NCBI GenBank assembly: GCA_009602735.1 | Contig: WELA01003597.1 | Location: forward strand, 291,505 to 355,504 | Length of the DNA stretch: 64,000 nt | Direction of reading: 5' to 3' | Source of the DNA: Mesotaenium endlicherianum | Taxonomy: Eukaryota | In this document: positions 23,601-35,975 of the stretch, piece after piece | How positions within the stretch are numbered: the stretch's first letter is position 1 | Layout: each line of letters begins with the position of its first letter | Program-made: the position numbers and the translations under genes | The notes under the pieces: generated by a model | Seen by the model: the letters and a program-made list of their open reading frames with translations, nothing else | Told to the model about the DNA's origin: nothing | The model's database searches: none

Positions 23601-24278
23601 TGATATCCATGAGATAGCAAGCCAAAGGAAACTGCACCCGTCTCTCCAAAGCGACACACATGGTGTCTCTTGCAATCTCGACATGAATGTGATTATTAAA
23701 AAACTACCTGCTCAATAGTTGACGACCAGCACACACTGCTTAAAAGGAGCTGTTCTATATTGTGCTTGCGTATATAGGATGCTCCCACGAAGATTAGAAG
23801 CATTGCAAGCATCATACTGCAGACAGCATCTTCCACTCAAGGTAAGTGGCGATGAAGCAAAAACGTTACAAGATTCACACCCCACTTTCAGAAACTGGAA
23901 CCCAGCCAGCGCATGTAGCTATCCATATACCTGGGCTATCTTCTCAGGAGACTCATTGTATATGATAGGGACAGCTCGAGCTCCTCCCGCCTCAACAAAC
24001 TTGACATATGACGCAGCAATAAAAGACACGTTTGCTGGCGTAGAACTGGCTCCAGGGTGATTCCTTCTCCATACTTCTTGACCATTTCCGTCCCCTGGCT
24101 GGGACAATATGCCAATCAATGGCTTCGTTGTAACAATGGCTGAATTTCTGTTGAACATAAGAAACGGAGCAAGCTCATCTGACGGAAGCTGTATTAAACG
24201 AGCTCCAGATGCAGCTACATCAAGTAAGAGCACAGCTACAGTGAGAGACAGCAATGCCTGCCGGATGCTGCTGTCCAT
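20681..24278 (-). CDS. GGH: Gamma-glutamyl hydrolase (folate polyglutamate hydrolase, peptidase C26); 10 exons (24278-23931, 23445-23356, 22990-22901, 22604-22510, 22343-22283, 21933-21844, 21715-21653, 21346-21258, 21043-20948, 20768-20681)
   Basis: Signal peptide, PLIGILSQPGDG, IAASYVKFVEAGGARAVP, INGLLLPGG, catalytic Cys in ATCLGME, catalytic His in QWHPEKNAFEW, and the C-terminal LIYNFNPVF...YEQAYVF. All junctions are GT-AG and in phase. Confidence 0.95.
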
Positions 24279-25237
24279 TGAAATCGGATGCAAGTACTTA
24301 TAGCCCCCTTCGTCTGAGGACATACACTCTGGCCTATTGAGCTCAACTCCAAAAGTGCGTTCGTTCTGAAACACGACGTTCTTGGGTATATTTACGCAAA
24401 CCTCGCCCTTGCTTCCTTTGGTGACCTTAAGCTATGCAACGGATGCACGCAGCACGCACAATCAGCCACAGCCTGACACTAAGGAGGCCCTGACACGATG
24501 CAAGACGAAACTGCTTCTCGTTACTTTCACAATCTGCATGTAGCACTACGCACCAAAATTAAGGCGACACAACGTAGTGAGGCTACTTGCTTAGCTGAGA
24601 GGAAGACTTGCCGCGCTGCAGATAAATGCCGTGATGGGACCTACAGTGTATGTGGTGCTGACGTGCAGCCGAAGGACCTGTGCCTCGAGTGAAACACTAT
24701 TGGTAGAATGTAGAAATCACCGTCACTACGAGATACACGAATTGGGGCAATTTGGGGCCAATTGTCGTTGCATACGAGGCCGTAGCAATGAAGATGGCTT
24801 GTGCTGGTCTTGTCCCCAACAATGCCCTCTGACCCTGAGGCAGGGAAGAATTGCTTACAGGTCCCGTCCGGCCAATTCCGCGCGGAAACTGAGCTAAAGG
24901 GGTTTTCAGTACACCTATTAGGTCAAATGATTTTGTTGATTACGGGCTCGTGTTTCGTGCCTACGTATTTCAAACACACTGCAATGCAGAGGTCTTTCAG
25001 GTGTAAAGCAGATGAAATGGGAATATATTGAAGATGCATCAGACGTGCACTCCCAGATTTGCTGAGAAGTTGGAGTGAGGAAAAGGGCATAAAGTTCTCA
25101 TGAGTTATAATAATTCAATTATCACCATGGTTCATGCAACGTACTTCAATAAGCGAAAGATGGCCAAGCACAAACGCAAAAAACATTAACGCCAACTTAG
25201 AACATCCTCCCAAATCTAGACTTGAAGCCTTAATATT

Positions 25238-25437
25238 AACACAGGCATAGATCACATGTACTATGTGCAATGGCTCCATGAATATACCAAGGAGTTATGA
25301 TCAAGTGGGTGGATTATCATCCACTACAAGCACTCACATTGAATGAAGCAAAGGATGATAATGCACCCACTTGATCATAACTCCTTGGTATATTCATGGA
25401 GCCACTGCACATAGTACATATGATCTATGCCTGTGTT
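25238..25437. repeat. Long near-perfect inverted repeat (85-bp arms, 30-nt loop); candidate pre-miRNA/hairpin RNA or MITE
   Basis: 25238-25322 is the reverse complement of 25353-25437 with 3 mismatches. Imperfect pairing extends to ~25203/25462. Confidence 0.9.
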
Positions 25438-25784
25438 CAAAGGCTTACATTTGAGGAGATGGACTCTTTCAACCACCATCGTGAATATTTTGCTATGTCA
25501 AATCTTTTTACTTATACAATCTAGGTCTACTTCAAGCGAAGATGCTCAACCATGAACTTTTCAGAATGAACTCAATCTTCCGGACAATGCCACAATCTAT
25601 TGTGATGTATGTACAAGAGCAATTCCAACTTTCACAAGTTACAACGTTTTCATGTTGATAATAAATTGCATAGATGTGCATTTACAGTTCTAGGCGTTGA
25701 CCTTCTCTCTTGACAAAAAGAATCCAAATGAGAGTGCCCTTGACTGCAATTGGTCAACGGGTATGTGGATTAATTGATTGAATG

Positions 25785-28700
25785 TTAGGTATTATCTTTC
25801 GGCCGCTTCTTGGCCACCTTTTGATCCTTCTCCTTGTGGCTTACCGTCAAATGCACCTCTTGTGGCACGATCTTTCGCGATCTCAATTCTTTTTCGCTCA
25901 GCTGACCGGGCTTCACAGGGCTCTTCTTACCCAAATGGCCCACTGCAGCTAATTGCGGGACAGGGAGCGCGACAAGACTCTCCGGGGTCTTGGGAACGGA
26001 CTTCTCCCCTTGCGAGCTACTCCGTAGCAGCCTGCCCTCTGGGGGCCTCCCGACGTGACCACCGCTCAAAGACGGATTTTGCACCTGTCTCGGGCTCACG
26101 AATGCCGGGTTTTTGCTCGCCCTGTCCAGCTGGTTCATTCGCTTCAGCTTCTTAGAAGCAGCCACAGGTGTAGCAGCATCACCAGCATGGGCGCGCGCGC
26201 TCGCTTCGCGGCCCGTGCTGCAAGCTTCCCCTCTCTCAGCCGTCCCAGCTCCTCCTGAAAGACCTTCAGCAGCAGCAACCTGCGGCCTCGCGACACCTGG
26301 CTCCGTCTGCGCAGAGGGGACTGGCTCGGAAGCCAAGCCCGCCAGCTCCACCATCACCTTCCTCCTCTTCCTGGGCGTTCCGCGGCCAGCTTTGGTCAAC
26401 ACCGGGGCCTCTGCTCCTACAGAACCGCGCTCTGCTGCGCCCTCGCCTGGTCCAGCTTCCATCCTGTCTAGCCCAGCTGCAGGTGCCGCCCTCTGCTTCC
26501 CCGCAGTATCCAACCCCTTCCTGGCAGAGGCCGACGAGCGGGGCCTCTTGCCCTCCTGCGCTCTCGCGACAACGTTCCGCCCCGTTGATCTCGGCTTCTT
26601 CTCGGCCACCTGCCCCACGACGTCCGCCCCGCCCCCCGTCCCCACCCCCGCCCCCGCTCCACGCCGGTGATGATGGTGCGGTGGAAGTCCCGCGTGCGTT
26701 CTCTCTGGAGGGGCTGAGCTGGCCTCCCGCGCCTCAGAGTAGATGGAGGTAGCGGCAGAAGCAGTGGCTGGCAGGGGAGGCGTGCCAGGCCTCTGGGAAG
26801 CGGCAGCAGCAGCAGCAGGGTGGTGCTGCTCGCTGGGAGGCGCCCCCCCGGGCTGGCTCTGGCCCTGGCTCTGGCTCTGGCTCAGGTTGGAGTTCCAGAT
26901 GGAGCCGGCGGAGCGCTTGGCCTTGCGCGCCACTTGCGTGCCCCTCTTGCGCCTCTCTGGCAGCTTCTGCGGCAGGTCGTACGACGTGTCCTGGCAGCAG
27001 CACCCGTGAGAGTCAAATCAGAGGTTGGCAACACCACAGAGTATGGGGAGGTGTGACCAATGTGGGGAGGTGTGATCAACATTAAGTCGGTACTACACAA
27101 TAGAAACAGAACACAATAAAAAACAGAAACAGAGTTTGAAGCGCAAGAAGAAACACAAACAACGTAAACCTGCAACTCAAATGCGCTGCATGCAACCGTG
27201 TGCACAAACAACACACACAAGATGCAAAAGGCACGACGCGAGCCAAGCACAAAGTAGCAGCTGCAGCTTCGCGGAACTCTGCTGCTGCAGGACTTTTGGC
27301 GCACTGCTGACATGTATCCTAGCTATAATCTCAAACCATGCTACGAACGACAACCCCTCTCGTCGAACACCAGGCCAGCCCCCATCGCACCGCCAGCGAC
27401 AGCCATGACAAAAAAGCATTGTGGCAAGAGAGCGCAGGCGCACCTTGGCCTCGTCGTCGGGGCTCTCTTCGGACGTGTTGAGCTCGACGTCCGCGCCGCT
27501 CTTTTGCGAGCCTTCAGGCGTCAGGTTGGGCGTCCTGGTGGGCGTCCGATTGGCCGCAGCAGGGCCGGCGCCGCCGTTGCTGCCAGCTGTCCCCACCAAG
27601 CTGGAGGGGATGGGGCTGTTGCGCTGGCGCCTCTGCTGGCTGCTGTTCCCCGACAGCATGTTGCGGCTCGCCAGCCGGCTTGCGTTGCGCCCCTGTTGGC
27701 CCACGCACGCACGTGCAGCACCCACATTCTAAGTTTTGTAGGCTCACGTCACGTGCGTCAGTGCTTTGCCTCGGGACATGTCGGCATAGCCTGCTTCCAC
27801 GTGATAGACTGGGCAAGAAAGATAATTGGATGGCGCGTGAGTGAGACAAACGGAAACACCACATCAAAAGTGACCTCAGACGAGAAGAAAATAGCCTGTT
27901 CCTAGGATAGTTCCTAGGAATATCGACAAGCGTTTGACTAACTCGCGGACGCGCGTAAGCTGCTATGTATCCTTGCTCATGCGCCAGCACACTCCCTCAT
28001 GAAGGCTCCAACGCAGCCAGCCACGAGGAAGGGGAGCCCAGAACGTAGTACATGTCTGTGAAATGTGGGTGACTCAGTCTTAAGAGCTCCAACTACTCTC
28101 CGAGATCGTCAGTGCTGGCGGTGCTGAGAAGCGCTGAGGGGGAGGAGGGAGAGAGAGACAGAGGAACAAGAGAGAGAAGCAGCAGCAGCAGTAACAGCAG
28201 AAGCAGCAGCAGCAGCAGCAGCAGCAGCAGAGGCTGTATGTACCTTGCCCATGCACTTCTCGAGGTGGGGCGCGTATCTGCCAGCTGTCACGGCCCTGCC
28301 GCAGTTCATGCACTCGAACGCCTCCGAGGCCACGGCCGGGTGGCTCTGCCCGAACACGTCTGTAGTGTACCGCACCGGCTCGTTGCCAGCTGGCGCGCCA
28401 TGGTTGGCTGCTGCCTGCCAGGTGGCAGGCGCCGGGCTGACGCCATGGCCAGTATCGTCCAGCCGAGCATCCAATCCGAGCGTGGCAGCCCTGTGTGCCT
28501 CTGACGCGATGTCCGCAATCAGGGAGTCCAGCAGCTCAGAGAATGCAGCCACAACCTGCACAAACATCATCTCACCAGGCGACGATGACCATGATGATGT
28601 CTTCGACTATGATGTCTCGTCCGCTTACGGAATTTGCATGGGTTATTGTCTGTCAAATTTATGAGCCTACAAGAACAAGCGAGCAGCTGAATAACACGCA

Positions 28701-29325
28701 TGGCAGTCGCTCACCACGCATACTTTCTTCAAGCCATATACAGTACAGTTACACAAAGCTTTCAAAGATGCAAACTGACAGACAGCGCGCCAGGCTAGAT
28801 GGGCAACATGATACACTAATGTATCTGGACATAATGCACCGATACATATACTTGATAGGCTGCATGAGCAGCAAGTGAACAACATGCCGTACATGCTCCA
28901 CATGTTGAAGAGATGCCTTTAGTTTAAGCATCACGACGAAATGCCAATTCGATCTCTTTCAGCGTATCACCAATGCACGCACACACCAGCAATGCAAAGA
29001 ATATATATAAGGTAAGCAAGTATGGTGATTGGTGAATAAGAGGATACATGAAACTTCTAAGACCAGTTGGAAGGAAAACCTAGGGTTCATTGCGATGGTA
29101 ACGGCATAAGTAGGAATGCTACACTTGTGAGGTTTAACTCAAGCACTTGTCTGCGAATGTCGCCTGACTGACCTGGTCGGACAAGAACGGTTCTTTCAGC
29201 TGTTCTGCAAGGGCTTTTACTTCGTCCAATTGTAGCTGAAGATGTCGGGCTTCTTCTTGCTTCTGTTTCAATTGCACTTCAAGGAGCCTGTCTTCTTCTG
29301 CTGAAGGGGGCATCTCTGAGGCCAT
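25785..29325 (-). CDS. SGF11: SAGA deubiquitination-module subunit SGF11 with a long low-complexity C-terminal extension; exons 29325-29173, 28555-28244, 27692-27444, 26990-25785
   Basis: FSELLDSLIADIASEAHRAATLGLD and DVFGQSHPAVASEAFECMNCGRAVTAGRYAPHLEKCMGKGR (Sgf11 zinc finger CxxC...HxxxC). All four exons splice in phase 0. The last exon is supported only by frame and splice fit. Confidence 0.88.
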
Positions 29326-29938
29326 TCAACACATTTCTAAGTATACATCCTCTGATACACCTGATCACAGAGCGAGGAACCCCAAGCCCCCGCAAAGCCC
29401 TCTAATTAGAATCTTTTGGAGTCCAGACCCTCGTGAAAGTCTTTGCCTGCAATGCAGGGTCGATGTTGGGGCTGGCCGGGGTACCATTTCGGGACCAGTT
29501 TGGACCGTTGTTACTCCGGTCGATATTTTCGGCAGCTAGCTGCAGCTAGCTCCTGTTTTAGTGTTGTTTGACATTGTCTGACGTGGTCTGACGCTCGGTG
29601 CGCAATTTCAACTCGACGCCTTGGTCAACTTAACGACCAATACTATCTAAAATCGATCGATGTTGACGTTTTGAGTTGCAAAGTCAATGTTAGTCAAAAA
29701 GCAACACGCAGGCACAGGCAGCTGCATTCAGCAAGATGCAGCTAGAGATAGCGTCTCTTGTTTCAACTTTCCAAGACAACGTTAATTTGGGATCATTTCG
29801 CAGTGTTTATTTGCATGGTACCTGTGATTTTTCAATCCACTTCGCATTCAAACGCACACTGTCTCTTCTTTCGTATGGTGCAATGATCAGAAGTTGCTGC
29901 TGTGCTTTCTAACTTTACGGGCTAGGTAGTTCTTCGAG

Positions 29939-31449
29939 ATGGAGTCCTGTTTAGCATCTGCGCCTGGTAAAGTCCTCCTCTTTGGTGGATATTTAGTGTT
30001 GGAGCAGCCCAATGGTGGCCTGATCCTTTCCACGTCCTCTCGTTTCTTTTCATCAGTTCAACCCCTGCATTCGGCAAGCCGAGATGATGCAGTTCTGGTG
30101 AGAATCTTCTTGACCAGGTTGACTTGCTCTTTTCTTCTCTTCTGATTGAGGAAACCTGGACAATCCACAGGCACAAGCATACATACTTCGAAATTCTATT
30201 TTCTTGACAAAAATTGTGGATCCTCATGATCTCACTAGTGAGCTGCATTCAGAGAGCAGGCTTCCCTTATCCGATCGCGCCCCCCCGTTGGTTGCTCCTA
30301 GACGTTCATTGCTTGCTCCAATTGTAAACCCTACAGGAGAAGATCGAAGTGGAGATAGAATCCCCTCAGATCCGACGGAAGTCTTCTTACCACCTTCACC
30401 TTACCAGCCTACAGCTGGAACCCATCCCATCAAGGTACCCGGTCTATCTCCTCCTGAAAACTTAAACCAAAAAATGCTGGAGAAAGCATGCACTCACAAA
30501 TAAACGGTCGTCTCATGTGATCTAAGCCGCCAGCCTTGGAGCTCTTCACACCAGTGGGCCCCAACTTGGGTTTGAACTTTCAGTGTGCAAGCTATTACTA
30601 GCAAACCCAGAGTTTCTCATGTGAAAGGAGAAGGCAGGCACTTTGCCGCAGCTTGTGCTTTTCCCCAGCTCTCGCTCGTTCTTCAGCTCAGCAGCCTCTG
30701 CAGCTCCCTCGCCCGTGCAGTGCTTCAGGCAATTTGGCCCTCTTCAGAGCCGAATCTGCAGCTCCCAGGCACGTTCCTCCATTGACCGCCGCTCCCAGGC
30801 ACTCGCAATGCTTCAGGCCGTTCGCTATTCATCCTAGTGGGGCTGCAGCTTCCTGGCAGAAGTAACTCTCCGTCACATTTGCTGCTCGTAGAGGCCAAGG
30901 CTCCTGATGGCAAGTGCGTGGCCGCCTGTCGATGGCAGCTCTGAAAGGTGCGGGAACCCGTTTGCCGAGCACGCCATCCAGCTGGCAGTTGCAGCTGCTC
31001 TCGTCCAGGCCACCAACGATGGGCGGGGCAACGGCGCCGTGCTGAGTCAGCTCCGGCGCGGTATGTGCGCCCCCCGGCTCAGTAGGCGGAGCACCCAACC
31101 CCGAGAATGACTTTATGCCCCCTTGAACCCTAAAAGAGTCTGAAACCTACAAGCATAGCTGCTCCATCTCCTGCACTGAAGAAGGGCACACATTGCCTGC
31201 CCCTCTGCAGCTCGTCTGAGGAGAACCTGAGCCATCAAGCCTGAAAATAAAACCTTCAAAAGTTCAAAACCTGGACGTATATGCAGCTGCTGCCACTGGT
31301 GCCTCTGGTGCTGCTGCTGCCACTGCTGTTGGCGCCCTCATGTCAGTTGAAGTGGGCAGGGTTTCTCACACGCGCGCATGTAGCGATGCCTGCAGGGCTG
31401 AAAATAGTGATCGTGGGCGACAACAGCTTCTACTCACACCGCACGGAGG

Positions 31450-31502
<53 letters not shown>

Positions 31503-34500
31503 NNNNNNNNNNNNNNNNNNNNNNNNNNNNNNNNNNNNNNNNNNNNNNNNNNNNNNNNNNNNNNNNNNNNNNNNNNNNNNNNNNNNNNNNNNNNNNNNNN
31601 NNNNNNNNNNNNNNNNNNNNNNNNNNNNNNNNNNNNNNNNNNNNNNNNNNNNNNNNNNNNNNNNNNNNNNNNNNNNNNNNNNNNNNNNNNNNNNNNNNNN
31701 NNNNNNNNNNNNNNNNNNNNNNNNNNNNNNNNNNNNNNNNNNNNNNNNNNNNNNNNNNNNNNNNNNNNNNNNNNNNNNNNNNNNNNNNNNNNNNNNNNNN
31801 NNNNNNNNNNNNNNNNNNNNNNNNNNNNNNNNNNNNNNNNNNNNNNNNNNNNNNNNNNNNNNNNNNNNNNNNNNNNNNNNNNNNNNNNNNNNNNNNNNNN
31901 NNNNNNNNNNNNNCCCCCTCTCTCCCCCTCTCGCCCTCCCGCCCTCTCCCTGCACCCCCGGGCCCTGGCGTGCCCGTGTTTCCAACCTCCAATCGTGAAA
32001 GCCCAATTCTCCATCCACCCGACGACTACCCAAAAAGATTACCTGTTCTATTTCAAACGGAGTTGTAGTGGTACGGCTGCCTGGGTGGTTTCTTCAGCAG
32101 GCCTTTTCTCGTCTCTCCCAAGCGCCAGCTCTCCTTTCTGCCCTGCGCATGCATACGAAGCAGCACTCTCCCGCCGTTGCTACCCAGTATTGACCCAGTA
32201 CTGACTTTGCGTTCCCCCGGAAGAACCCATACTGCGCATGCTCGTGAGCAGCGTGGGGGTGCTGCACAAATGGCTCTCCCGTGTCCTCGTTCACATGAAG
32301 CCCCCAAAAAGTGCCTTTCTTTTCGGGACGTTTTTTGTTAATCTTTCGCGCCGTTTGCGGCGGGCTTAATTGGAATAATCTGATCTGATTTCTACTTATA
32401 TGTACATGTGTTTATTTGACCTCGTGTACGTATAGGTTGTCTCGAACGGCATTTGCTAAAAGTTTGCCGAACATCTCAGACCATTCTGAGTGTTATCAAG
32501 TAATTTGTATCGAGTGAAGTATTGCAGCATGCACACGCCTCGCCGCCAACCAGCTGTACGTCTGGCTGGCTGGCTGGCTGTCACTGAGCACGCGTGCAGA
32601 CCCCAAAAACGCGGCCGTCATTATTGAGAGCGACGGAATCCCGCTTATTATCGGCTGCCTGTCCAGCCCTGTGGAGAACACGGTGAGCTTTTTCGTGTGC
32701 CCCTATGCCTCTCGTGTTGTTATCCCACCCACCCACCCACCCGCTGAATCTTTCCCCCCTGCTGCTGGAGGCTCCCTGAGCCACATGGCGCGAATCGATG
32801 CATCCCTCCTGCTTGTCAAGGGCTGCGGCGGCGCCGATGAGAGCTAGCGTGCTGTCGCTGTATCACCACCGTGCGCTCAGAGGGAGCTCCTGCATCGCTT
32901 CTCCACCCAGCTCGGCTTTGGGGTCTGAGTCCTCAAATTCTGGGTCATAGGCGATGGGTCTGAGGAGGCAGTTTGTTAATCGTTGTGGGGGCAACGGGCG
33001 ACGTGGCAGCTGCGCAAGAGGGGCCTCCCGCTGTCGGCATTGTCGCTCGCACTCCTTCCCCCCTTCTCTCCCATCACAGCCAATCCTGCGGCTCCGAGCC
33101 AAGGCGCTTCGGCCGCAGGCCAGGTGTCAGCGTCTCCTGAGCTCGCCAAGACGGGCTTGGGCTCGTCGGCTGCCATGACCACGTCCATGGTGGCAGGCCT
33201 GCTGCTCTTTCTGGGCGCTGTGGAGCTGCCACGTGGCCAGTCTCTGAGAGCGACACCTGACGATCCAGCCGTCGCGGCACTCTTTGCGCCCGCAAGCAGC
33301 AAGCAGGGGGCTAATCCCGAATCCACTTGCGAGCAACGAGAGGGTGGCGCCGGCTTTGACGATGGACCGCGTGCAAGTGAAGGAGGAGGGCCGGCAGAGG
33401 GGACGGCTGGCGGCCCAGGAGGAGGCGCCGGTAAGGTGGCAGGGCCAGGGCGCGAGCTGGTGCATGCGATAGCGCAGGCGGCTCACTGTGCGGCGCAGGG
33501 CAAGGTGGGCAGCGGGTTCGATGTGAGCGCCGCCGTGTTCGGCAGCCAGCGCTACGTCCGCTTTGCCCCCCACATCCTCGCCCACGCCCTCGTAGGCTCT
33601 CTCTCCCTCTCTCGCACTCGCTCAATCTGACCCACTCTTGCGCCCACTCGCTCGGATCCCCTCCCTCTCTCACTCGCTGGCTCGGTGCCCGGGCGGTCTC
33701 TATCTCACTCGCTGGCCTAACTCCCTAGGTCACTCTCAACTACTCCCGCTCACTCGCTGCTCGTTCTTCCACCTTGCCACCAGAGCACCACCCTTTGGGC
33801 AGGGCTGAGGGGCTTGAGGCGCAGGAGCAGCAGCAGCCACAGCCGGCGGCCGGGTGGGAGGGGCCCTGTTGCTGCTGCAGCCGCCTCCTGCTCCTCTCTC
33901 CCTCCCTCTCCCGCACTGGCTCAGGCGTGAGGTGTCTGGGGCAGGTCTGTGCAGAAGCCTGAGGGGAATGGCGCGTCGCCGGCAGACGTGGCCAGGGGCG
34001 TGATGGCGGCCTCCTTCGAGGAGGGGGCGCATTGCTCGCCCTTCCAGCTGCCCCCGGGCCTCATCCTGGTGCGCTGCTCTCTCTCCTCTCTCTCCTCGCT
34101 CTCGCACGTGCCAGACCATGCCCGATGCGGACGCTTTCTTTGGAAGTTCGACTGCTGACATGGGCAGTCTCTCAGAAAGCCTGAACCCCCGCATATCCTC
34201 TGCTCCCGTCGGCAGCCAGGGCCTCTGATTCTTTGGGAATGATGCACGACCCCGCCCAGGTGGCGGGGAGTGGGGGAGGGAATGGGAGCGGCTAAGGGGG
34301 AGGGCCGAGGGAAGCAAAGTGGGATCGAGTCGGACTGGAGTGGCGTGCAACTCCATCCAGCATGTGCGCAGTCAGCAGCGCCGCAGTCCTGGTGCTGCCA
34401 GGTGTTGCATACCAGAGCCGAGCGGAGCTCCTTGGGGAAAGAAAAAGAAGTGGGCGAAGTCTGATATGGAGAACAACCACACCTCCTGCTGCCGCTGCCG

Positions 34501-35941
34501 CTGCTGCTGTCATTGCTGGCGTTGCTGCTGATGCCGCTGCTATTTCTGCTGCTGATGCTGATACTGATTCTCCTGATGGTGCTGCTGCTGCTGCCGCAGA
34601 TGGTGGGCGAGCCCGGGACAGGTGGCACATCCACGCCGTCCATGGTGAGCAAGGTGCTGACGTGGCGGCGGGCGGCGCCGGAGGCGGCCTCGCGCGTGTG
34701 GCAGGGTCTTGCTGCCGCCAATCTCAGGGTGGAGCAGCACCTCGCGGAGCTGCGCCAGCTGGCAGCGCAGCATGCAGCCGCGTACTCTGACACGCTCCAG
34801 GCGTGCAGCACCCTGTCTGCTGACGAGGTGGGACACCTCAGCATACTCAGGACCAATCGTGCAAACACCCCCCCCCCNNNNNNNNNNNNNNNNNNNNNNN
34901 NNNNNNNNNNNNNNNNNNNNNNNNNNNNNNNNNNNNNNNNNNNNNNNNNNNNNNNNNNNNNNNNNNNNNNNNNNNNNNNNNNNNNNNNNNNNNNNNNNNN
35001 NNNNNNNNNNNNNNNNNNNNNNNNNNNNNNNNNNNNNNNNNNNNNNNNNNNNNNNNNNNNNNNNNNNNNNNNNNNNNNNNNNNNNNNNNNNNNNNNNNNN
35101 NNNNNNNNNNNNNNNNNNNNNNNNNNNNNNNNNNNNNNNNNNNNNNNNNNNNNNNNNNNNNNNNNNNNNNNNNNNNNNNNNNNNNNNNNNNNNNNNNNNN
35201 NNNNNNNNNNNNNNNNNNNNNNNNNNNNNNNNNNNNNNNNNNNNNNNNNNNNNNNNNNNNNNNNNNNNNNNNNNNNNNNNNNNNNNNNNNNNNNNNNNNN
35301 NNNNNNNNNNNNNNNNNNNNNNNNNNNNNNNNNNNNNNNNNNNNNNNNNNNNNNNNNNNNNNNNNNNNNNNNNNNNNNNNNNNNNNNNNNNNNNNNNNNN
35401 NNNNNNNNNNNNNNNNNNNNNNNNNNNNNNNNNNNNNNNNNNNNNNNNNNNNNNNNNNNNNNNNNNNNNNNNNNNNNNNNNNNNNNNNNNNNNNNNNNNN
35501 NNNNNNNNNNNNNNNNNNNNNNNNNNNNNNNNNNNNNNNNNNNNNNNNNNNNNNNNNNNNNNNNNNNNNNNNNNNNNNNNNNNNNNNNNNNNNNNNNNNN
35601 NNNNNNNNNNNNNNNNNNNNNNNNNNNNNNNNNNNNNNNNNNNNNNNNNNNNNNNNNNNNNNNCCCCCCCCCCCCCAAAACCTGCCTGCTCGCCCGCCTG
35701 GCCACCCACCCGCCCGCCCGCTTGCCCACTCTACCGGCCATTGGTTTCCAGCCTTGAGCGGGGGGAGGGGAGAGGAGGGGCATGCGCTGCTGCGGCTGGT
35801 GGCTGTCTGTACTTCAGTCTGATCTTGCTTGCTTGCAATGGTGTGATTGGGATCAAGGGTTGTCATTCGCGATGTTGCAGGGGTGGGCCCCTGTGCGGCT
35901 GCTGTTGCTGCCACCTCTTTCTCCTCCTCCTCCTCTTCCTC

Positions 35942-35975
<34 letters not shown>

